Under the pieces are notes generated by a model that searched no databases, was not told where the DNA came from, and worked only from the letters and a program-made list of their open reading frames with translations. Positions 9,249 to 16,912 of a stretch of 44,920 nt of DNA are shown here, piece by piece. A program made the translations under genes and the position numbers. Each line of letters begins with the position of its first letter. The stretch's first letter is position 1. The stretch comes from Hyphomicrobiales bacterium (GTDB taxonomy: Bacteria; Pseudomonadota; Alphaproteobacteria; Rhizobiales; Beijerinckiaceae), in contig JANYIH010000229.1 in the NCBI GenBank assembly GCA_025358745.1, forward strand, positions 1 through 44,920, in the 5' to 3' direction.

Positions 9249-9607
9249 TACGCTCCCGCCCAAAGTGGATTTGTTCTGAGCGAGGTTATCTCGCGCAGCT
9301 GGTGGCGCGATATTGTACTTTGGCGCCGCTTGCGGCCGCTCTGCGAGTGTTCGTCGGCGAAGCGTTTCAGGTTTGGTCGGACTTGCTGGGCGGATATCTA
9401 CCGTTATATGCGAGAGAGCATAGCGAGCGATAATAAATATCTATATCCTCCTTCTGTGCGGTTGACGCGTCAAAAGTATTAGGAGATTTTAGCTACACGG
9501 CTGCGGCTCATTCATCGCCGCTACGCCGAACGTGGCGAATTTGAGCCGCGTTCGTTCATGCGGTCGCTCGCACAGGAACAAAGGGCGGTCGACCAGAGGG
9601 AGGAAAC

Positions 9608-10093
9608 ATGGCCAGCTTGACCATTAACGGTCACAATGTGACCGTAGATGCGGCGAAGGATACGCCGCTATTGTGGGTTATCCGCGATCATTTGAACATG
9701 ACGGGCACGAAGTTCGGCTGTGGCGCCGGTCTTTGCGGCGCTTGCACCGTGCATCTCGACGGCGTCGCCGTTCGTTCGTGCCAGACGCAATTCGGTGACG
9801 TGGGGGCCAAGAAGGTCACCACCATCGAAGGTTTGAGCGCGCATGGCGACCACGCGCTGCAAAAGGCCTGGGTGGCCGAGCAGGTGCCGCAATGCGGTTA
9901 CTGCCAGTCCGGCCAGATCATGCAGGCGGCGTCCTTGCTCTCGCATAATCCCGCGCCCACGCGCGACGAGATCGTCGAGGCGATGACCGGCAATCTCTGC
10001 CGCTGCATGACCTATCCGCGCATCGTTAAGGCGATCGAGCGCGCTTCCAACGATATGCGCGCCGCCAACGACACCGCCGGGAGGAAGGCATGA
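9608..10093 (+). CDS. 2Fe-2S small subunit of a xanthine-oxidase-family aldehyde oxidoreductase (IorA-like)
   Basis: GTKFGCGAGLCGACTVH, QCGYCQSGQ and NLCRC motifs. Strong RBS GGAGG. Confidence 0.93.
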   Translation: MASLTINGHNVTVDAAKDTPLLWVIRDHLNMTGTKFGCGAGLCGACTVHLDGVAVRSCQTQFGDVGAKKVTTIEGLSAHGDHALQKAWVAEQVPQCGYCQSGQIMQAASLLSHNPAPTRDEIVEAMTGNLCRCMTYPRIVKAIERASNDMRAANDTAGRKA

Positions 10094-12354
10094 GCAAGCA
10101 CGAAACGATCCGCTCCGGTCCGGAGATCTCCCGCCGCACCTTCCTGGTTGGCGTCAGCGCCGCCGGACTCGTCTGCGGCGTAGGGTTGCCCGGCGTTGCC
10201 GAGGCCGCCGCCGCCTTTGCGCCCACCACCTGGTATTCGATCGGCGAGGATGGGCTGGTCACGGTGAATGTCGGCAAGGCTGATATGGGCCAGCATGTCG
10301 CCTCGACGATGGCGCAGATCGTCGCCGACGAACTCGGGGCCACCTGGTCGCACATGCGCGTCGCCTTGATGGGCAACGATCCCAAGTACAACGATCCCGT
10401 GCTCGGCGCGATCATCACCGGCGGCTCGTGGTCGACGATGATGAACTTCGACACGATGAGCCGCGCCGGCGCCGCCGGACGGATGGCGCTGACGGAAGCC
10501 GGCGCTGCGATGCTCGGGGCGTCCGCCGATCAGGTCGTCGCCGCCGATTCGCGCGTCATCGACAAGAAATCCGGCAAGTCGGTCAGCTACGCCGACATCG
10601 TCAAGTCGGGCAAGGCGTCGAAGGTTTTCACCGCCGACGAACTGAAGGCGATCAAGTTGAAGACGCCGGATCAGTATACGCTGATCGGCCGCGATCTCCC
10701 GCAAATCGACATTCCGTTCAAGGTGAACGGGACGGCGAAATACAGCATGGACGCGACGGTTCCCGGCATGCTCTACGGCCGCATCGTGACCCCGCCCGTG
10801 CGCTACGGCGCGAAGGTGACGGCGGTCGACGATTCCGCCGCCAAGAAGCTACCCGGCTTCGTGCAGGCGGTCACCGTGGAAGACCCGACCGGCACCGTGA
10901 CGGGATGGGTCGTCGCTGTCGCCAAGACCTATTGGGAAGCCGCCAAAGCGGCGGAGGCCCTCAAGGTTTCCTATGACAAGGGGCCGAACGCGAGTGTGAC
11001 GAGCGAGTCCATCGTTGCGGAGGCGAAGCGTCTGCAAGCCGCGCCCGGCGGTGAACTGTTCTTCAAGCTCGGCGACGCTGCCGGCGCTCTGAAGTCCGCC
11101 GCCAAGACCGTCGAGGCGGAATATACGACCAGCATCAACATCCATGCGCCGCTGGAGCCGATGAACGCGATCGCCGAAATCAAGGACGGCAAGCTGCATA
11201 TCCATTGCGGCAACCAGTTCATGACCCGCTCCTGCGCCATCGCGGCGGCTGCGGTCGGCATGAAGCCGGAAGACGTCGTCGCCCATCAATACTGGATCGG
11301 CGGCGGCTTCGGGCGCAAGCTCGACGGCGACATGATGGTCGTGGCGGCCGTTGCGACCAAGGCGGTCGGCAAACCCATCAAGATCGTGTACTCGCGCGAG
11401 CACGACATGCAGATGGATTTCTCCCGTCCGCTGGTCTATCAGAAGGTCTCCGCCGGTCTCGACGCCGACGGCAAGCTCGTGGCCGTGAACCATGATCTCG
11501 TCAGCGCCTGGGCGACCAAGCGCTGGGGCATCCCTGGGTTCATGGGCAACTCCGCCGATGGCCACAAACAGGCGCTCGACGGCTTCGCCGTCAACGGTTC
11601 GGATTTCTTCTATTCCGTGCCGAACCACACCGTGCGCACGGTCCTCAACGAAGTGGCGCAAAGCGCCACGCCGTCGGGACAATTGCGCTCGGTCGCGCCG
11701 GGTTGGACGTTCTGGGCGGTTGAAAGCCTGATCGACGAAGCCGCCCATGCGGCGGGCAAGGATCCGGCCGAATTCCGGCTGGCGTTGCTCGACGGCGCCG
11801 GCGACAACGCCGGGGCGCAACGGCTCGCCAATACGCTGCGGGCGGCGATGGGCCTGGCCGGCTACGGCACCAAGAAGCTGGAGAAGGGCGAAGGCCTCGG
11901 CGTCGCCTGCGTCAGCTCGCAGGAGCGCGGCACGTCGTCGTGGACCGCCTGCGTCGCGCATGTCGCGGTTGGCGCCGACGGCGCGGTGAAGGTGAAGAAA
12001 CTCACCGTCGCCACCGATATCGGAACGACGATCAACCCCGATGGCGTGCGCGCCCAAGTGATGGGCGGCGCGCAATGGGGCATGTCGCTGGCGATGCTCG
12101 AACAGGCGACGATGAAGAACGGCGCCATCGAACAGACCAACTTCGACACCTATACGCCGATGCGGATGGCCGACATTCCGGAGATCGAAGTGGCGATCAT
12201 CGCTAACGGCGATCCGGTGCGCGGCACTGGCGAACCGACGGTGACCGTGGTCGCGCCGGCGCTCGCCAATGCGATCTTCAATGCGGTCGGCGCGCGCGTG
12301 CGCTCGCTGCCGATCACGACGGAAGCCGTCAAGGGCGCGATGAAGAAGGCGTAA
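10090..12354 (+). CDS. Molybdopterin-binding large subunit (IorB/AldH-like aldehyde oxidoreductase), Tat-exported
   Basis: Twin-arginine signal SRRTFL, ADMGQ, TGGSWS, GGGFGRK, LRSV and C-terminal GTGEP with the catalytic Glu. ATGA-coupled to the 2Fe-2S subunit. Confidence 0.92.
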   Translation: MSKHETIRSGPEISRRTFLVGVSAAGLVCGVGLPGVAEAAAAFAPTTWYSIGEDGLVTVNVGKADMGQHVASTMAQIVADELGATWSHMRVALMGNDPKYNDPVLGAIITGGSWSTMMNFDTMSRAGAAGRMALTEAGAAMLGASADQVVAADSRVIDKKSGKSVSYADIVKSGKASKVFTADELKAIKLKTPDQYTLIGRDLPQIDIPFKVNGTAKYSMDATVPGMLYGRIVTPPVRYGAKVTAVDDSAAKKLPGFVQAVTVEDPTGTVTGWVVAVAKTYWEAAKAAEALKVSYDKGPNASVTSESIVAEAKRLQAAPGGELFFKLGDAAGALKSAAKTVEAEYTTSINIHAPLEPMNAIAEIKDGKLHIHCGNQFMTRSCAIAAAAVGMKPEDVVAHQYWIGGGFGRKLDGDMMVVAAVATKAVGKPIKIVYSREHDMQMDFSRPLVYQKVSAGLDADGKLVAVNHDLVSAWATKRWGIPGFMGNSADGHKQALDGFAVNGSDFFYSVPNHTVRTVLNEVAQSATPSGQLRSVAPGWTFWAVESLIDEAAHAAGKDPAEFRLALLDGAGDNAGAQRLANTLRAAMGLAGYGTKKLEKGEGLGVACVSSQERGTSSWTACVAHVAVGADGAVKVKKLTVATDIGTTINPDGVRAQVMGGAQWGMSLAMLEQATMKNGAIEQTNFDTYTPMRMADIPEIEVAIIANGDPVRGTGEPTVTVVAPALANAIFNAVGARVRSLPITTEAVKGAMKKA

Positions 12355-12373
12355 TCGCCTCACGCTGAAACAG

Positions 12374-12408
12374 AACCCCGCCGGAGCGATCCGGCGGGGT
12401 TTTTCTTT
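12374..12408 (+). terminator. Rho-independent terminator
   Basis: AACCCCGCCGGA-GCGA-TCCGGCGGGGTT followed by TTTCTTT, just after the Mo-subunit stop. Confidence 0.88.
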
Positions 12409-12526
12409 GGAGCCTTCGGCGATTTCCACGCTGCCCCTCCCTGATGGAGGAGGGCTGACCTGGATGTGGCTTCACCCGCTAGGGGGAAGGGCGCGCCCGC
12501 AAAATTTCAACCGAGTGGCGACGGCT

Positions 12527-12907
12527 CTAGTCCTTGCCGCCGTCACGGCGGAACTGGGAGATGTAAGCGATCACATTGTCGATGTCGGTCTGGTTTTTCA
12601 GGCCGGGGAAAGTCATCGCCACGCCGGGCACCTCGTGGCGCGGCTCCTTCAGATATTTGGACAGTGCGGCCTGGTCCCAGACGATGGCGGAGTTTTCCAG
12701 CGCCTGCGAATATTTGTAGCCGGGCACGGCGCCCGCCTTGCGGCCGATGAGGCCGTTAAGCACAGGGCCGTAGAAATTGGTCGCCCCGACCCCGACGCGA
12801 TGGCACTGCTTGCATTGCTGGAACACCGTTTCGCCCGCGACGACGTCGGCCGCCAGCGCGGGCGTTGCAGCCAAGATCAGCGCGACTGTCGCTAACGCCA
12901 GCCTCAT
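12527..12907 (-). CDS. Soluble class I cytochrome c (c2-like)
   Basis: Signal peptide, GETVFQQCKQCH, GPVLNGLIGRKAG and PGVAMTFPGLK (axial Met). Start trimmed to the ATG with a GAGGG RBS. Confidence 0.9.
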   Translation of the reverse strand: MRLALATVALILAATPALAADVVAGETVFQQCKQCHRVGVGATNFYGPVLNGLIGRKAGAVPGYKYSQALENSAIVWDQAALSKYLKEPRHEVPGVAMTFPGLKNQTDIDNVIAYISQFRRDGGKD

Positions 12908-13001
12908 GACAATCCCTCGTTCGCGGGCGCACATCATGCGGGAGCGGCCCACGTTCGCGCCCCTCGCGCGCAAGACTAGAACGCGTCGAGGCGGCGACGG
13001 A

Positions 13002-13015
13002 TTGATCGAGGTCAA
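13002..13015 (-). promoter_or_regulatory. FixK/Fnr box upstream of the cytochrome c2-like gene
   Basis: TTGAT-CGAG-GTCAA is one mismatch from TTGAT-N4-ATCAA. A minus-strand TAGTCT at 12978-12973 gives class II spacing. Confidence 0.65.
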
Positions 13016-13039
13016 GCCTCCTCCGTAAGGAGGAGAGGG

Positions 13040-15391
13040 TCAGAACGTCGCCTTCATGCCGGCGTAGATCGCGCGCGGTTTCGCCGGCGTGAGCGAACGC
13101 GGGTCGGTGAAGGCGGCCCCGCCGTTGGCGAAATTGGGCACCGAAGTCGTGTCGAAGAACGAGCCGTAGGTGTAATAGCGATTGTCGAACACGTTCTCGA
13201 CCTTGGCGTAGAGTTGTACGTTCTTCGTCACCTGATAGGAGGCGTCGACGTCGGCGACCCAATAGGCTGGCAGTTGCGAGAACTGGTTGGAAGCGTCGCC
13301 GGCAAAGTATTGCGGCCCGACGATATTGACGTCGGCGCCGATCTTGAACGCCGAGGTCACGTCGAAATCGGCCGACAGCTTGACGCGATGATGCGGCGAC
13401 AGCGGGATCTGGTTGCCGGGCGCCACCTGGATGTTGCCGGCGGCGTCGGCGAAGGGCGAGTTGGACCCGAGTTGCAGCGCGTTGAGGAAGGTCGCGTCGA
13501 GATAGGCGTAGCTTGCAGAAACCGTGAACTTTTCGTTGTGGTAGTTGATCTGCGCCTCAAGACCTTGCCGTCGCGTCGAGCCGACGTTCTGGAAATAGCC
13601 GAACCCCTGCTGCACCGGATCGGGGACGTTGAGAATGTCGTTCGACGTGCTGGTGCGGAATACGCCAAGCTTCCAGCCGATATGACCGTCGTCGCCGACA
13701 TCGTGCGTCCCGCGCAGGCCCGCCTCCATCGTGCGCGCGATCACTTGTTGCAGCGCCGGATCGGAGACGAGGAAGCTCGCGAGAATGCAGGGGTGGACCG
13801 GGTCGGCGCAGCCGAGTTCGAGCGGCGTGGGCGCGCGGTTGGCCTCGGAATAGCCGGCGTAGGCCGAGATCTCGGGCGTGATCTTGTAGGTCGCCCCAAC
13901 CATCGGGTTGAGACGCCAGTAGTCGCCGCCGCCGTTGAGCGCGGTTCCCAGTTGGTCCTGCAGCCGGACGTTGGCGACATTGAAGCGCCCGCCCGCGCTG
14001 AGCGTCAGCTTGTCGTTGACGTCGAACGCGTCGAGCGCATAGAGGCCGGTATAGGCGTTGGTCGCGCGCAGCGAGACGGGGCCGTCCGACACCGGATTGC
14101 CGGAGGGGCCGAGGAAGACGCCCGAGCCGGCGACGGTGAAATCGGGTTGAATCACGCCGAGTTCGGCGGTCGCGCCGAAGTTCGTGACGCCGTAGTCGAA
14201 ACTGCCGCCGATCACGAAATGATTGTCGTGGCCGAACAGTCTGTCCGTGTTGGTCGCCTGCAAGGTCGCGCCGACGGTGGTGGATTTCGTGTGCGTGCGG
14301 TCGATCTCGCCCAGCGTCGCGCCGGCGGGAAACGCATTGGCGAGTTGCAGGCCATTTAGACCATTGGCGGGCGAGAACGCGTCGTTGAAGCACAGGAAGC
14401 CCGCCGCGCCGCCCTGCGCGGGATCGCAGGGTTGCGTGTTGGTGGCGTTGCCGTCGACGGTGGTCTGGTGGAGCGAACGCACATGCGCGTTGGCTTGCAG
14501 GCTCCAGGTCGGCGTCACCGTCACATTGGCCGTGGCGTTGAGATAGGCGACCTGGTTGGTTGACGTTTGCGGCAGCGTGTAGACGTTGCTCCAGTTCATG
14601 GCCAACAGTTCGATCGGCGACGAGGCGGAGGCGCCGAACGTGTTGTTGGCGAGGCCGCCGCTGAGGTGAAACTCGGCCGCCTCGCCCTTGTAGCCGATGT
14701 CGCCATAGACGCGGCGGATGTCGGAGGCGGCGGCGCGACGGTAGCCGCTGTCGTGCGCGCCCTCGGCGGCGAGATAAGTCGACCAGTTGCCGACCTGCTT
14801 GCCATATTGCAGCGAGGCCTGCGCGCGGCCAAAACTGCCGCCCATCACATCGAGCGTAAGGCCCTGGAAGTTGAACCCGTCCTTCATCTGCATGGCGATA
14901 GCGCCGCCAAGCGCGTTCAGGCCGAAGGCGGGATTGTTGCTGATGACGTCGATCGATTTGACGGCCGCCGTGGGGATGAGATCCCAATTGACGACGTCGC
15001 CGAACGCTTCGTTGATGCGCACCCCGTTCTGATAGACCGCCAGCCCCTGCGGCGTGCCAGCGAGCGGCGACGCGTCGAAGCCGCGGAAATAGACGTCGGG
15101 CTGAAAATCGTTGCCCGATACGCTGGTCACATCGACGGAGGGCGTGGATTTGGCCAGCGAATTGACGACGTTGGAGGATTTCTCGCGCTCGATCGCCTTG
15201 GTGGAGACTGTCGTCACGGCGGAGGGCACTTTCGCCACATCGACGCCGGTGCCGGACATTGGCGTGGTGGTGAAGACGTTGATCGTGCCGAGATCGACCA
15301 CCGGCGGGGCCGCGCCGCCGCCCGCCGCAGAGGCGATCCCGCCGGCGCAGATCACCCCGCCCGCCGCGCACGCCGCCAGAACTTTACGCAT
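13040..15391 (-). CDS. TonB-dependent outer-membrane receptor (possible lanthanide-chelate or PQQ uptake)
   Basis: Signal peptide, plug motif FRGFDASPLAGTPQGLAVYQNGVRINEAFGDVVNWDLIP, beta-barrel repeats, VENVFDNRYY and terminal Phe (GMKATF). Substrate is inferred from context only. Confidence 0.9.
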   Translation of the reverse strand: MRKVLAACAAGGVICAGGIASAAGGGAAPPVVDLGTINVFTTTPMSGTGVDVAKVPSAVTTVSTKAIEREKSSNVVNSLAKSTPSVDVTSVSGNDFQPDVYFRGFDASPLAGTPQGLAVYQNGVRINEAFGDVVNWDLIPTAAVKSIDVISNNPAFGLNALGGAIAMQMKDGFNFQGLTLDVMGGSFGRAQASLQYGKQVGNWSTYLAAEGAHDSGYRRAAASDIRRVYGDIGYKGEAAEFHLSGGLANNTFGASASSPIELLAMNWSNVYTLPQTSTNQVAYLNATANVTVTPTWSLQANAHVRSLHQTTVDGNATNTQPCDPAQGGAAGFLCFNDAFSPANGLNGLQLANAFPAGATLGEIDRTHTKSTTVGATLQATNTDRLFGHDNHFVIGGSFDYGVTNFGATAELGVIQPDFTVAGSGVFLGPSGNPVSDGPVSLRATNAYTGLYALDAFDVNDKLTLSAGGRFNVANVRLQDQLGTALNGGGDYWRLNPMVGATYKITPEISAYAGYSEANRAPTPLELGCADPVHPCILASFLVSDPALQQVIARTMEAGLRGTHDVGDDGHIGWKLGVFRTSTSNDILNVPDPVQQGFGYFQNVGSTRRQGLEAQINYHNEKFTVSASYAYLDATFLNALQLGSNSPFADAAGNIQVAPGNQIPLSPHHRVKLSADFDVTSAFKIGADVNIVGPQYFAGDASNQFSQLPAYWVADVDASYQVTKNVQLYAKVENVFDNRYYTYGSFFDTTSVPNFANGGAAFTDPRSLTPAKPRAIYAGMKATF

Positions 15392-15480
15392 CCAACTCCC
15401 CCACGCGGCCCGCCACAAGCCGTTTTCATCATAAAGACGCCGCGCGCGCGGCTTGGCAATTGCAAGCTTTCTCAGCGCTG

Positions 15481-15495
15481 CGGGAAAATCTCCCG
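15481..15495. promoter_or_regulatory. Inverted repeat between the TBDR and kinase genes, candidate response-regulator site
   Basis: CGGGA-AAATC-TCCCG in the 171-bp divergent intergenic region. Confidence 0.4.
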
Positions 15496-15562
15496 GGGGC
15501 TCGCGCATGGACAGCGCCGGCCGTGGTCCGCTAGGGGGTTGGGGGCCTGTTGGAGACCTTTC

Positions 15563-16909
15563 ATGTGGCGCCAGACCCCTTTGCGTCGCCGCCTCAATCT
15601 GGTGTTCGCCGCGCTGATCGCCTTGTGGCTCGTGGGCGACATCGCGCGCATTCTGGCGCAGGCCAAGCCCCGCATCGCGGCGGAAGCGCGCGCGGTGACG
15701 CAACTGACCCAGGAATTCCTGGTTTCCTCGCTCGATCGTGTGCAAAGCGCCTCCGATCCGCAGGAAGCCATGCTCGAACTGATCGTCAGCCTGCGCTATC
15801 TGCGCCACGCGCATGTCATCGTCGGCGAGGGCGCGGCGGCGGCGGCGCTCGCGCCCTCTCCCTATGCGGCGAACGCGGCGCCCGCCTGGTTTCAAAAGCT
15901 GGTCGGCGCGTCGATCATGACGACGACGCTCCCCGTCATGATCGGCAACCGCCGGATCAACTACATCGTCATCCAGCCCGATCCGACCGAAATCATCGCG
16001 CAGGTCTGGGAGGAGGCGAAAGGCCAGTTGCTCGCCGGGGCCGCCCTGGCGATCGCGGTGATCCTAGCCAGCAACGCGCTGGTGCGCCTCGCCTTGCTGC
16101 CATTGGCGGGCGCGGGCGAGACGCTCGCAAAGCTCGAAGCGGGAGACTACACGGCACGGGCGCGCATCTCGGGCTCGCCGGAGATCGCCGCGATCGCCGC
16201 GCGCATCAACCGGCTCGGCCAGGCGCTCGGCGATCTCTCCGCCGACGTGCGGCATTTGCTGGTGCGCGTGGTCGACGCGCACGACGAGGAGCGCCGCGCC
16301 ATCGCGCGCGAATTGCACGACGAGACGGGGCCGCATCTGTTCGCGCTGCGCGCCAACGCGGTTGCGCTCGCCGCCCGGGTCGGCGGCGAGGAGGCCGCGC
16401 TCGCCCGCGCCGTCGGCGAGACCGTGGAATCGCTGCAAAAGCAGAACCGCCGCATCCTCGCCAATCTGCGCCCGGCCGCACTCGACGAACTGGGCCTGAG
16501 TTTTGCGCTGGAGGCGCTGGTGGAGCAATGGCGTCGGCTGAAGCCTGATGTCACGATCGAACTGGCCGCCGATCCGCGCGTGGCGGAACTCGGAGCGCGG
16601 GCGAGCCTGACGCTATATCGCTTCGTGCAGGAGGCGCTGACCAACGCCTTCCGCCACGCGCAGGCGTCGCGCATCGCGATCCGCATCGCCTACGAGGCGC
16701 CGGACGCGGAAACGCCCGGCGATCCGCAACTGGCGGGCCTGCGCGCGCGCGTGGAGGACGACGGCAAGGGACTTGACGACGAGCAGGCGCCGGGCATGGG
16801 GCTGTCGGGCCTGCGCGACCGGGTGCGGGCCTTGGGCGGCGAGTTCGCCTTCGGCGCGGGGGCGTCGAAGGGCGCGTATGTGGAGGCGCGGTTTGGGGTG
16901 GCGCTCTAA
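15563..16909 (+). CDS. Membrane sensor histidine kinase, HisKA_3 type (MxcQ/PedS2/EraS-like)
   Basis: ATG with GGAG RBS. Two TM helices around a periplasmic domain (APAWF), HAMP, H-box ERRAIARELHDETGPHLF, QEALTNAFRHA, DDGKG and GMGLSGLRDRV. Confidence 0.88.
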   Translation: MWRQTPLRRRLNLVFAALIALWLVGDIARILAQAKPRIAAEARAVTQLTQEFLVSSLDRVQSASDPQEAMLELIVSLRYLRHAHVIVGEGAAAAALAPSPYAANAAPAWFQKLVGASIMTTTLPVMIGNRRINYIVIQPDPTEIIAQVWEEAKGQLLAGAALAIAVILASNALVRLALLPLAGAGETLAKLEAGDYTARARISGSPEIAAIAARINRLGQALGDLSADVRHLLVRVVDAHDEERRAIARELHDETGPHLFALRANAVALAARVGGEEAALARAVGETVESLQKQNRRILANLRPAALDELGLSFALEALVEQWRRLKPDVTIELAADPRVAELGARASLTLYRFVQEALTNAFRHAQASRIAIRIAYEAPDAETPGDPQLAGLRARVEDDGKGLDDEQAPGMGLSGLRDRVRALGGEFAFGAGASKGAYVEARFGVAL

Positions 16910-16912
16910 GGC

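Noticed and set aside
9462-9473. Fnr box at TTGACGCGTCAA
   Set aside because: Half-site spacing is 2 nt rather than 4, so it is kept only as an unassigned palindrome.
9249-9607. pqqA-like peptide, sigma54 promoter or Moco riboswitch in the divergent intergenic region
   Set aside because: No ExxxY short ORF was seen, the candidate GG/GC spacings are not N10, and I could not recognise riboswitch consensus by eye.
10849-12429. Long antisense or alternative-frame ORFs (also 17094-19247, 23856-25211, 38879-40777 and others)
   Set aside because: They have no motifs, have Arg/Ala-rich composition and fully overlap well-supported genes, as expected from GC-biased codon usage.
12425-12495. CCCTCCC...GGAGGG-type degenerate REP remnant
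   Set aside because: Too degenerate to support without a genome-wide repeat search.
14567-15895. Mutually overlapping N-terminal extensions of the TBDR (951 aa) and kinase (780 aa)
   Set aside because: These are shadow frames in high-GC DNA. RBS-supported starts at 15391 and 15563 leave a normal divergent intergenic region.
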